Source of the DNA: Podarcis vaucheri
Taxonomy: Eukaryota
NCBI GenBank assembly: GCA_965113315.1
Contig: OZ220365.1
Direction: 5' to 3' (one strand)
DNA length: 64,000 bases
The notes under the pieces: generated by a model
Database searches by the model: none
Seen by the model: only the letters and a program-made list of their open reading frames with translations
What the model was told of the DNA's origin: nothing
Program-made: the position numbers and the translations under genes
Shown: one piece after another, positions 51,001 to 61,479 of the stretch
Layout: each line of letters begins with the position of its first letter
Numbering within the stretch: the first letter of the stretch is position 1

Positions 51001-54000
51001 ACCATGACACCTACAAAGAAAAGTTATATAGAAAACTGTTGTATACCATAATAAGAAAAAAGGTCTTCACTCTGTTAAAAAGGGGAATAGAAAGCTTGCA
51101 ACATCCCTGTTGCTTCATCTTCCACAATCCATGCCTGATGTTACCTCATTTTCCTTAACTGAACCTTTATCAGGAGACAGCTAAGAACGAGTGGGAAATG
51201 GCTGAATAATGGCAAAGTTCAGAGTGATATAACCTCAACACTGACTTTCAGTATTTTTATTTTAACATGTCGTAACTGACCTGTGTTGATTCTGCAAGGG
51301 AATCCTGTGTCATTCTAGTCAGTTTTCGTAAATATCTTCCATAAATAACAGCCACAAAAGCCAGAGGTGGCACCACACTCAGAACAAATGTGGCAAGTTT
51401 GGGAGACACAAAAAACTAGAAGGAAAAGAAGTAACCTTGAATCAATATTTTAGTACAGTTAAATAGACTCTGCTAAATCTATAAATTAAAGACATGTTAA
51501 CACAATGAGATTTCCTTTTAACATTTTGCCCCCCCCATTTAACTGCACTCTACTACAGCAACAAATGAATTCTTTCCACTCCAAAAAGAAATATAGATTA
51601 TTCACAAGCAAGATGGGGAACAACTGAAGGGAAATATTTCAATCCCTGCTGTTCAGGGATACATTTGGAGCCGTACTGCACTGTTATCACTCACTACAGA
51701 CAAATGACTCAAACCCCACCCAAGTTGTATGATCCATTTGCATCACAAGTCACAATAGAAGGTAGAATTACCTAACAAACAAAAAATACATCACCAGATA
51801 TATTTAAAGGCATTCTTAGTCCAGTATATGTGTCCTGTATCAAACAAAACAGCTTCACGGGTGGACTCCTGACCTTTGCAACCTCATCCTAAACACTCTG
51901 AGCCGGCAGAATACACACACAGAGAGACAGAGAAAGAAACAGAGAGACAGAGAAAGAAACAAGAGGCACATACCATCATCCCAACTGCAACTGAAGCCTG
52001 AGCGCCAGCTCTTAGCCCATCAGAAAGGTTTTCGGTGACTGAACGACCCAAGAGTGCAGTGTCTGAAGATAAGCGATTAATCAGCTCTCCAGTGCTGGTT
52101 TTGTCAAAAAAAGCTACTTCTTGTTTCAAGAGAGAGGAAAACATTGTTGCTCTCAGCCGTTTCACAATTCTTTGTCCTAGGAGGGTCAAGAAGTATGACA
52201 ATTCACTGAAAAGATTTCACATATAAAAAACAAATTAGCAACTTCACTAATTGCAAGTCATTTTGCAACAGATCTTGTATAATGAGAAGAAAATGTGCTT
52301 GGACAGAATGGTGTGCTTGTGTGTGTGTGTGTGTGTGCATATAGGGAGAATGGAGGATATGGGTTGTATTGTTTGCTACTGTTAAATATTTGGATCAAAA
52401 ATTAATATTCATTTAGAAGATGGAGTAGTTTCTGCATGACCTAGGAGAAGAAGCTTATCTTTAGGCAGAGAAAGGCAATTCATACTATTACAATGTTCCA
52501 AAGAAATTTAATTGTGCATTTCAGAGTACTGTACATTGTGAAAAGCAAAGGTAGTTCTACTGACCCACACAGGGGGAAATCTCCAAATCTATACTGTAGT
52601 TGGGTTGGGCAAAACCTTTATTGGCATCAACAGAAAGTCTGTGGATCCATCAATGACCCTGCTCTGCTTCCACCCTACAATGCCCTGTTTGGGGGCCTTA
52701 CATTGGCTGCTTCCAAACCACCAATCCTTTGGGCTGGCTTGGATGAACCCAGGGGAGGGAGACCTCCGACTGTTCCTAACCCCTTCCAGTGGAGGGTAGC
52801 AGGCTTCCAGACTGGATGCTGTCCAACAGCTGTTTTCATACCCTGGAACATATACATTTTCAGTTCGTATAATAGGAAAGGAACCCAGAGACCAAAGGGT
52901 GGGGAATCTGTGGCCCTCCAAATGTTTGTGGCTTACAACTCCCACCATCCCTAACCACTGGCTTTTAAATATGCAACTATTAGTCTGGAGCTTCTTTCAG
53001 CCACTTGTTCCATATACCAGAAGATCATTTTAGGTATTCATTCCAATTACCTGCAATCTGCATGAGGTAGACACGGATTGCATTGGCAGCAGCACCACAT
53101 AAAAATATTCCACTCAGCAAGGCACAGAGGTTGGTTAGGTTGTCAGCAAGTTCACCAGTGGGATTTGTGTAGATGACATCAATTACTTTCCCCAAGAAAA
53201 AAGGGGCAGACATTGTGATGACACTGGAAACTGTCAGAAAGCCAACAGCAGCTAGGGGAAAATATAAGCCGTTTAATAAATGGGGGGAAATGATGCAAGG
53301 ATTATAAAATTAACATTTTATAAAGTACTTCAGCTTCTTATATTTTAGCAGTCTAACTGGAGAATTCTTAGTATTAAGAACATAAGAAGTGCCCTGTTGG
53401 ATCAGACCAATTGTTCATCTAATCTAGCATCCTGTTCTCACTGTGGCCTCCCATCTCCTGGAGTTTCCAAAAACTAGTACTCAGAAGCATTCTGTCCACA
53501 ATAAACATGGATACTTTGTGAAATACTTATATGAAACATCAGCTTAACATCAGGTGCATTTCACAGTGCCTAATTTAAAGGGAATCTGTACAGCAGATAT
53601 AAATTAAGATAAAGTGGCCTTTGAAAGGGTTTCCTCATAGTTAACCCTGATGGACCACAGCCAGTCCAGGATAACATGTAACAACATGTCACTGCACGAT
53701 ATAATCACTCAGGCTACACAATATTACATTGCACTGATACTCATGGCCAGACTTTGGTAATATGGCACCCTGAGCAAGGACAACATTTTGCGCCCCCTCA
53801 ATTTTGAGTAGGTACCCGTATAAATATAGGTGGTGGTGGTTGTTGTTGCTGCTGCTATTGTTCCCCCTCGGCTTGGCACCCTGTGCTGGGGAACTGCCCG
53901 CACCACCCTAAATCCAGTGCTGCTCACACTGAAGGTGGGGAGAGGCAATACAATGACGCTGCCTAGACAACAAGGCTGACATTCTCTGCCTTCCTACAGC

Positions 54001-55274
54001 ATATTGCATAGCATTGCCCACTTGTAATACATGGCAAAACTTCTGCATTGATCCAATTTTTGTAGCATGCACTTTTGCATCACCACTTGGAACAGAATAT
54101 GGACACACAGAAGTATGTTCCACTAAAAGTAATGCAGTACTGTATTCAGATGTTCATCCCATGGCACACTATACTTTTAAAGCATCTTCAGAACACATTC
54201 TTTCCCTCAAGGAATACTGAGCACTGTCGTTTACCCCTCAGAGTTCCCCACCTCCCTTTGCAAAGCATCCCAAACTGCAGCATCTGGAACCTTTGAGGAA
54301 CAGACCGTGCTTTGCATGCGCTCTAAAGGCATCATGCATATGCAGCCATGCTGGAAGAAAGAGAATGAGGACAGCTCACTGTTGTAGGATGGCCAGCTAA
54401 TATAGAAGTGGATCGACCCAGCTTCCTGCATTTCTGGACTCTCCCTGGGTGCATGGCTAGAGGGGTTGTCACGATGAGCTCTTGCACATCAAAATTTACC
54501 ACCACATCCTTGTGGATGTGTCAGAAAGGGAAAGAGAACATAACTGTAGGACCTGTGGAGCGGGGAAGAAAGATTAAGCGCCAGAAGTCCGGCGTTTGGG
54601 AGAGATAAAAAGCTGCATAGAGTCAGTTCTTTATGGTGGGCATTTGTGGGGTGCAGCAAAGGTGCAACCAGGGGGGTAGAAGAGAACGACCTCATGGGGG
54701 GGGGGAAGCATTTTCTCAACTCTCAGCCATTTAGTGGGTGGAGGCCAATGAAGTGGGAGAAAAAGAGAAAACAGAGAGAAAAGGAAGAGCCAACGAAGCC
54801 TGGCAGGGCATGGTAGTAGCAAGGAGCGCCCTTGGCGCCCCAGAGCCCTCCGGGAGGCGAGCAGGGAGACGGTCCCGGGGCAGCAGAGGAGGAGGAGGTA
54901 CCTGTCAGTCTCCAGCGCTCGGGATATGCCAAGGCCAGGAGCCTCTTGGCGTCCGAGACCTCGGCGGCGGGCCCGGCAGCCGGGGGAAGCGCGGCTCCCG
55001 GGGGATCGCCCGCCTTCTTCCGTGAGGTCCCCGCCGAGGCCGCCCACGAGGACGCGGCGGAGCTGGGAGCCGAGAGCAGGGAGCCGGGCGAAGGAACAGC
55101 AGCGTCCCGCCACCTGCCCGCCGAGGGCGACGCGGCCCACCCGCCGCCGCCGCCGCCACCGGCCGCCGCTGCGCCTCTGAGAGGAGCCGGAGTCCAGGGC
55201 CAGCAATGCAGGCGCCGGCGCCGCTGCTGGCGCCACAGCAGCAGCAGAGGGAGGCGGGGAAGCAAGCCTGCCAT
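41822..55274 (-). CDS. ABCB10: Mitochondrial ABC half-transporter ABCB10, complete spliced gene, 13 coding exons, 2103 nt / ~700 aa
   Basis: Arg-rich N-terminal presequence, ABCB-type transmembrane domain, Walker [10 protein letters not shown], signature LSGGQKQR, Walker [11 protein letters not shown]-loop IIAHRLST. All junctions GT-AG and in phase; adjacent to NUP133 as expected. Confidence 0.97.
42723..42757 (-). CDS. ABCB10: ABCB10 exon 12 (Walker B)
   Basis: [11 protein letters not shown]. Confidence 0.94.
43413..43863 (-). mobile_element. Penelope-like retroelement 3'-end insertion with inverted duplication, in ABCB10 intron 11
   Basis: 13-bp TSD CCCTCTTAAAGTG at 43400-43412 and 43864-43876. 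Terminal sequence GTAGCCGTGTTGGTCTG...GCACCTTAAAGACC...GAGCTTTCGTG...CACTTCTTCAGAT resembles reptile Penelope ends (recognised from memory). Carries a hammerhead motif and inverted arms at 43577-43710 / 43729-43863. Confidence 0.85.
43501..43538 (-). ncRNA. Minimal type I hammerhead ribozyme motif (Penelope-associated)
   Basis: Minus strand GUAU-CUGAAGA-A-GUGUGCAUGCACAC-GAAA-GC-UC-AUAC: intact CUGANGA and GAAA cores, stem II, stem I GUAU/AUAC, palindromic AGCU stem III. Confidence 0.8.
44151..44194 (-). CDS. ABCB10: ABCB10 exon 11 (ABC signature)
   Basis: [14 protein letters not shown]. Confidence 0.94.
44388..44628. mobile_element. hAT MITE (same family as 39302)
   Basis: CAGGGGTCAGCAAACT...GTTGCCTACTCATG; TSD CCTTAGAG/CTTTAGAG. 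Confidence 0.85.
44637..44776. mobile_element. Palindromic hAT MITE
   Basis: GGCCAAACTTGGCCCTCCAGCTGTTTTGG...CCAAAACAGCTGGAGGGCCAAGTTTGGCC; flanked by CTTTAGAG/GCTTAGAG. Confidence 0.8.
44852..44993 (-). mobile_element. tRNA-derived SINE with a CR1-type 3' tail
   Basis: Minus strand begins TAGCTTAGCTGGTTAGAGCA...GCAGGTTCAGTCCC (A/B-box-like) and ends GGGTTGGACTGGATGATCC...CCAACTCTGTGATTCTACGATT. Confidence 0.75.
45294..45474 (-). CDS. ABCB10: ABCB10 exon 10
   Basis: [16 protein letters not shown]...VGEKGVLLS. Confidence 0.94.
45758..45837 (-). CDS. ABCB10: ABCB10 exon 9 (Q-loop)
   Basis: [26 protein letters not shown]. Confidence 0.94.
46218..46427 (-). CDS. ABCB10: ABCB10 exon 8 (Walker A)
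   Basis: [15 protein letters not shown]...[25 protein letters not shown]. Confidence 0.94.
47609..47704 (-). CDS. ABCB10: ABCB10 exon 7
   Basis: [31 protein letters not shown]. Confidence 0.94.
48088..48480 (-). mobile_element. Old CR1 LINE 3' fragment
   Basis: GAATCACCCTGCTGGATCAGGCC...TGGTGGCCATCACCA...GGCAGCAAAATTCCATAAATT; degenerate; boundaries approximate. Confidence 0.6.
48541..48676 (-). CDS. ABCB10: ABCB10 exon 6
   Basis: [21 protein letters not shown]...[13 protein letters not shown]. Confidence 0.94.
49902..50048 (-). CDS. ABCB10: ABCB10 exon 5
   Basis: [16 protein letters not shown]...ARAGFFGA. Confidence 0.94.
50142..50373. mobile_element. hAT MITE
   Basis: Perfect 8-bp TSD CTCTAATT (50134-50141, 50374-50381); TIR core TGGTTCCCAAC/GTTGGGAACCA. 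Confidence 0.82.
51281..51415 (-). CDS. ABCB10: ABCB10 exon 4
   Basis: [17 protein letters not shown]...[21 protein letters not shown]. Confidence 0.94.
51974..52176 (-). CDS. ABCB10: ABCB10 exon 3
   Basis: QRIVKRLR...[21 protein letters not shown]...VAVGMM. Confidence 0.94.
52318..52337. repeat. (TG)n microsatellite
   Basis: Direct reading. Confidence 0.9.
53051..53251 (-). CDS. ABCB10: ABCB10 exon 2
   Basis: [24 protein letters not shown]...[16 protein letters not shown]. Confidence 0.94.
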
Positions 55275-55660
55275 GGAGCAAATGGGCCGCGCGGAGGTGG
55301 CGGCTGCTCGCTGTCGCTGCTTCCTTGCTGCGGCGCCCGGCGGGAGAGAGCAAAGCAGCGCCTCCTCACAGGCTGCGCCGCCGGCGCTGCCCCATAGAGC
55401 GCGGCCCGCCTAAACGGGGCCCAGCCCGGCCCCTCCTGCTTCTGCTGGGCGCTGATAAGGCTCTCCGCTGAGGCGGCCTCCGACCATCCCCAGCCGGCAG
55501 AAGCGACCCGCCCGAGCGATCGCGGCGTCCGGCGGCGCCCTCTACTGCTCGCGGCCCGGACCAGGGCGTAGAGGCCGCCGCCGCCGCTGCTCGTCCAGCC
55601 TATGCCGGGAGGACAGGGAGCCTCCTTGAGAAGCCCGCCTCCCACGCTGATAACGAAAAC
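54820..55660 (-). promoter_or_regulatory. ABCB10 CpG island/promoter with two WGATAR sites
   Basis: CpG-rich; TGATAA at 55453-55458 and 55648-55653; GC boxes. Confidence 0.75.
54902..55274 (-). CDS. ABCB10: ABCB10 exon 1 (coding part; mitochondrial targeting region)
   Basis: [23 protein letters not shown]...[16 protein letters not shown]. An in-frame TAG upstream at 55412-55410 makes this the first usable ATG. Confidence 0.87.
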
Positions 55661-56304
55661 GGGAAAACAACAACAACAACACCCTACCACTCTGCCAGGT
55701 TTTCAGTTAAGGTTCCTGAAACACGCTAAGTGGCTTCCCCCCCTCCCCCAAAAAGCTTATTGGAACATGTGCAGGGTGCTGCTCTCCCCGGAACTACACT
55801 ATAAACCAGGTTTTGGACTTGTGGCTGCAAGCCTATGTACACTTGGGAGGGAGATAAGTCCAGGGAATAAAACTGATCTGCACGGTTGTTGTTTTTTACA
55901 CAACAGGAGGGTAGTAGGGTTTATTGGTTTCCGATTTTTTTCTTGTTTTTATTATGTATTTTGTATTCCTATCTTTACTTTCCAGTGAACGCGGTAAGCA
56001 TACATGGGTTGTAAAAGCCAAGGAGTTTCCAGTCACTGTGTACAACTTCCAGGTAAGTCTGTGTCTAAGGTGGGGTTCCTTTTTAGGAATGTCCTGTCAT
56101 TTTGGCTCAGATCTTCAACTCAGCCATATGGCTCACTGGGTGATGATCTTGGGCCAACCACCACTACTAAAATTACCCTACTTGGTGGGTTTGTTGTGAA
56201 AACACCAAGCAGGTGCATAAGTACCCTGCTTATCCATGTACGCTGCCTTGAATTCCTTGCAGAAAAAGCGAGATATAAATGTGGTAAATAAAATTATCTC
56301 TATT

Positions 56305-56542
56305 TGGTACCTCGGTTCTCGAACGTAATCTGTTCCGGAAGACCGTTCGAGTTCCAAAACGTTCGAGAACCGAAAACTCAATGCGGAAGCCTCAATTCAA
56401 TTGAGAAAATTGAAAAACATGCAGTGGAAGCTGTTCTACTTCCAAGGCAAGTTAAAAAACGGAAGCATTTATTTCCGGGTTTCCGGCGTTTGGGTTACGA
56501 AACATTTGTCAACAGAGACGTTCAAGAACTGAGGTACCACTG
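56305..56542. mobile_element. Tigger/pogo-like MITE, related TIR with a different interior
   Basis: TGGTACCTCGGTT...AACTGAGGTACCACTG-TA; left TIR eroded. Confidence 0.75.
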
Positions 56543-56616
56543 TATGTAACTTGTTCAGTGTTCCGATGCCTGCAACCTAAGAACTGGCTGGTAAATTCAG
56601 ATCAATACAGAAGATT

Positions 56617-56960
56617 CATAGAATTGTAAAGTTGGAAGGGACCCTGAGGGCCTTGTAGTCCAACCCCCTGCAATGCAGGAATCTAAACTAAAGCATCCAG
56701 GACAGATGCCCATCCAACCCCTACTTAAACACCTCCAAGGAAGGAGAGTATCACCACCTGGGGGAGTTGGTTCCACTGTCGAACAGCTCTTACAGTCATA
56801 AAATTATTCCTGATGTTTAGTCAGAATCTCCTTTCTTGTAACCTGAAGCCATTGGTTCGGGTCCTAAACTCTAGAGCAGGAGAAAACAAGCTTGCTCCAT
56901 CTTCCTGTAGATATTTGAAGATGGCTATCATATCTCCTCTCAGTCTCTTCTTATCTAGGC
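56617..56960 (-). mobile_element. CR1 LINE 3' fragment
   Basis: CATAGAATTGTAAAGTTGGAAGGGACC...GTCCAACCCCCTGCAATGCAGG...TTCCACTGTCGAACAGCTCTTAC, typical of a reversed CR1 3' end. Confidence 0.8.
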
Positions 56961-59544
56961 CCTTATTCAGTTCTTCCTCAGTTCAGTACTTAAGGCTGGC
57001 AAGTCACAGAAATTTAATTGCCATTTTGACAATCCATTTTTATCCATGTTTATTGGGAAGCAAGGTATGCAGAGGATTGCAGCCCTCAGAGTACAAGAGC
57101 CTCCTGTCAAAGGATGAAATGGGCATCTGGGCCTACTTCCGAACCTAAAACCTTGGGCAGGTTTCACCAATCTGGTCCCCTCCAGATGTTTTGGACTACA
57201 GTACAACTCCTCAGTTCCAGCCAGCCCTTAGGCAATTTAAAAGATGGAAATCAATTAAAGAGAAGCATACAGCAGGCTCAAGTTAACCTTCATGCCCTGA
57301 TTTTGTGAACTTTTCAGAAACATCTGTCTAGTTACTGTTAGAAACAGGATGCTAACTAAATGGCCGCTCTGTTCAAGACAGCTGGGCTGTCATATTTTGA
57401 AGATTTTATACAGCCTCTGCTAGCCCCTCCTTTCTAAAACTCCCAGTCTTCTCTGATCTCTACCAGCAAGTTCCCAGAACAAACATTTCTAAGGCTATGT
57501 CTTGGTGCTATTAGGATAAGAAAGGATTTCCAGTGTATAAACTGGGTTCATTGTAGCGAAGACAATCATTAATTTTCAAAGACAAATAGAGAACCACAGA
57601 GCCTAACTTTATATAAAAATAAAAAAATTGCATTCCTTGCATGCACCATTATTTATTTCTGATAAATACTAGTGTTAAGCAGCATTGTCCATTTTTTTGT
57701 GGGGGGAGGCAGAAGGCATGATTATTTCAAAACACTGCAGCAAAGGTGCACTTCTAATCCTGCCTGTTTTCTATGAATTTTATATATGTTCCTCTGTATG
57801 CCTGCACCACTCTCATTCCATGCATGGAAAATTCATTCAACTAGAATCAGGAAACAGAAATGCTCTCAGAGCCTTTACCCCTTGTTAGTGCATTTTTGTG
57901 TGTGCTTTCCCCCTTTGGAAGAGTAAGATGCAGCCAACTGATAATTCAAATAAAGAAATCACAACCCTGTTGAAGCTGGAAATGGGAGGTCTTAATTCAA
58001 AGCATCTGGACAGGAAGGGACAAACAAAAAATCTGGCACATTTCCCTTTTCTTTCTGAAATATTGCCAATATCATAGTAATAAAGAGTAAGGCCTGTGGA
58101 AGAAAGCACTAGATTAGGCTCCACTGATTAAAAATCCCCCGCCAGTCTATTATAATTGAGATATATCTTTGAATACAATTCTAGCAGTTTTTCCCTTCTG
58201 TGGTTTTAAGGATATTTTCTGGACTCTGTAAATTATTTCAATATGCTGTTTGTCTTCTGAGCATATATAGAGTTTTACTCCAAGGAGAACAGGTCTTTCA
58301 AAACAGAGGTCCTACTGACATGCTCCTTTGTGAAGAGAATCATGTAGCAACAACCAGTGCTTTTTTTCTAAAAAAATGTTTAGGGGTACTCTCATTTTGA
58401 CTCAAGAAAACCACCATTTTATAGTTCAGATCAGGAAACATAAATACAGTAAATGGACAAAAGTACAAAGATTCACAAAATGTTTAGGGGTGTGCGTACC
58501 CCTGCATTCCCTCAGGAAAAAGCACTGGCAACACCCCATTTATGAAGCCCATCAGGGGGCTACTCAGTTGTGTCCATCATTTTTTAAAAGGGGTGTTAAA
58601 AAACACTTTATCCTGTAAATTTGCTTTGCTGCATCAGAATTTAAATGTGCCAACAAATCACTGTCATAATCTTCCATCTTAAGAGTAGTGCCAAAATTAT
58701 GTTTGGACATAAGACATGTTCAAGCATGATGCCCCCATGCCAATAATAGCCAATGTGGGTAGAGATGAAGGAACTAGAGGTTTGCATGCCACAAGGGGTC
58801 ACCCTTGACAGAGTCTTGCTTCCAAAGCAAACAAAGCAGGTATCTTCAACCTTTTCGGATCCACGACCCACTTGAAACCCATATATTTGTACAGTGGTAG
58901 GGCCCCAGTTGCAACCCACCTTAGGTCAAGCTGCAACCCACTAATGTGTTCTGACCCACCAGATGAAGACCAGTGTCATAGAGGACATTTTCCTGAAGGT
59001 GAATGTATGCTTTGGGAAGCCAGGAAGATTGTTGTTATGGCCTGGCTTGGCTTTCGTATTATCAGGGGTAACAGCACATACTGTCATTCTGAAAGCACAG
59101 TTGCATAACTCAGTATGCAACATGCATAATAAATCAAGCCCTATAAAAGCACATTTGCAATTAACAGCTTGACTCTCTGTTTTGGGGTGTGTGTTGCACC
59201 TTCTAATCAGGAAAACTAGATAGCGAAGACTTGGCAGTGGCTGTAAAATTATGGTTGGCTAATAACTCTACTTTCAATCTACTGTAAGGACACCAACACC
59301 TCCCCCATATTGCAATTAAAAATTCTAGTGTTTTTTTTAAAAAATAAAAACTCTACAATAAATTAAAACAGATTATGCAAAGATGCATGACTTACATACT
59401 ATTGAATGGAGTTTGGTCCCAAGGCTTGGTTGTTGTAAATTGGTACGAAGGTAATAAAATTGTGCAACTGTCAACCTATGCCAGCTACAACAGCAGATTT
59501 TGCAAGGCGTTAACTTGTGTATGTATAAAGCATAGTACGTTATA

Positions 59545-59754
59545 CAGTGGTACCTCGGGTTAAGTACTTAATTCGTTCCAGAGGTCCGTACTTAACCTGA
59601 AACTGTTCTTAACCTGAAGCACCACTTTAGCTGCCGCCGCGCCACCAAAGCGCGATTTCTGTTCTCATCCTGAAGCAAAGTTCCTAACCTGAAGCACTAT
59701 TTCTGGGTTAGCGGAGTCTGTAACCTGAAGCGTATGTAACCCAAGGTACCACTG
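59545..59754. mobile_element. Tigger/pogo-like MITE (same family as 17491)
   Basis: TA-CAGTGGTACCTC...AAGGTACCACTG-TA; reverse complement of the 17491 copy. Confidence 0.88.
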
Positions 59755-60231
59755 TACAGATTTAAGAACAGTTATAAAGCCCCTTAGCTTAGAATTGCTT
59801 TCTTCTTTTGCTTGAAAGTCTTAGGTAGACCACAAATTGTTCAGCACCTGAAAATGCCAGGTGTTTTCCTAATGGATCAACCAATACATAATTTTTTACA
59901 TGTGATAACTAAAAGGGAAAGGAAATCAATTTCCTACCTACAAAGCCTATTGAAAAATGCTTACCTTGCTCCACAAATCTTCGCATGCAACCAAGGGATA
60001 TGCATGAAGAACTCTATTCAAAACAGGTGATCAGCATGACGGGAAATCATAATAGGCATAGAGACTTGGCTTAAACATTTCTTATCAGTATAAATATGTT
60101 CAACCTCAACTACTGAAGAGTTTCTGTACCTGGAGGGCTATTAGTTGGTGAGTAAGCTGACAGCCATTCCTACTATGTGTGGCTTCTATCCAAAAACATT
60201 TTTTTAATTGCAGCTGAAGAGTGGTCTGGTG

Positions 60232-60939
60232 CAGTGGCGTAGCGTGGGGGGTGCAGGGGGGGCCCGCCGCACCGGGCGCAACATCTGGGGGTTAGGGTTA
60301 GGGGGCGCAAATCCACGGGTTAGGGGGCGCAAATTACTTGCCTTGCCCCGGGTGCTGACAACCCACGCTACGCCACTGGTCGAAGCAGCCTCTTGTCAGG
60401 GAGAGGGCGAGCTCATTCCCCTCAGAGATAGAAACGAGGCAATTGTGGGGGGGGGGTTTGGGGGATGAAGCGCCTTTCGAAGCCGCCGTGAGGTAACTTT
60501 GGGCGCTCGAGTGGACGAGGGTGCTGCTTGTTCGCCCCAAAGAGGTCTTTTCCCTTCAGGCTCGGCGGCCTCTCCCTCCCTTGGGAGACAGGGAAGGAGG
60601 CTGGCGGTGTGTGGGAACCTTCCAGGTTAGAGTTGTGCTGTGTGTTGTCCAGGGGGAACGGGGCTGCGTTTGGGAACCACCTGGGCACGAAGCCGTTTCG
60701 CCAGGCTCCGGGTTGTTTCGTGGCACAGGACAAAGTTAAAGCCCCAAAGCAGGAGGGGGGGGGTTGACCGGTGTTTTTTTGGGGGGGAGCTGAGCAGTGG
60801 CGTAGCGTGGGGGTGCAGGGGGGGCCGGCCGCACCGGGCGCAACATCTGGGGTTAGGGTTAGGGGGCGCAAATCCACGGGTTAGGGGGCGCAAATTACTT
60901 GCCTTGCCCCGGGTGCTGACAACCCACGCTACGCCACTG
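60232..60939. mobile_element. Composite hAT unit: MITE - 416-bp cargo - MITE
   Basis: Direct copies at 60232-60378 and 60795-60939, each with 17-bp terminal inverted repeats (TIRs) CAGTGGCGTAGCGTGGG/CCCACGCTACGCCACTG. The 8-bp TSD GTCTGGTG occurs only outside the whole unit (60224-60231, 60940-60947). Confidence 0.85.
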
Positions 60940-61345
60940 GTCTGGTGGGACAGACTCTGGCAGAGATAATTTATGCATTTAATGACACCATCACACAGGA
61001 GTTCCGTAATAGTACAGTTTTAAAGCTTGGCTCAGTACAAGCAATGTGACATCCAATACAATGGCAGCCATTTTATGTGCCTTTAAAAAAAATAGTATTA
61101 GCAACCCAGTTGCAACGGGGTCAAATTAGGCCCTAAATAGTTTGAGAATGTTTTCTCCAAGAAACAGAACATGAAGCTCAATATCCAAAAAAGGTATATC
61201 TTGAATGTGACGAACATATAATAATTGTGTGTGAGAGAGAGGTGGGTGAGGAAGAAAATACATTATTTTTCCGTGTATAAGATGCCCCCCTAACTACCCA
61301 GAGCGACAATGCCCCTGTGACTCAGGACAAATAGAAATGGTAGAG

Positions 61346-61479
61346 CAGGCATAGGCAACCTTGGCCCTCCAGATGTTTTGGGACTACAACTCCCATGACC
61401 CCGTTAACAGGACCAGTGGTCAGGGATGATGGGAATTGTAGTCTCAAACCATCTGGAGGGCCGAGTTTGCCTATGCCTG
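61346..61479. mobile_element. Palindromic hAT MITE (same family as 44637)
   Basis: CAGGCATAGGCAA...TTGCCTATGCCTG; flanks TGGTAGAG/CAATAGAG. Confidence 0.8.

Noticed and set aside
54631-55690. 240-aa and 261-aa minus-strand ORFs and a 193-aa plus-strand ORF
   Set aside because: Alternative frames of the ABCB10 CpG island; only the frame starting at 55274 splices in phase to exon 2.
60232-60939. LTR retroelement / TRIM reading of the two direct repeats
   Set aside because: The repeats end CAG...CTG with 17-bp TIRs and the TSD is 8 bp (hAT-type), not TG...CA with a 4-6 bp TSD; no primer-binding site seen.
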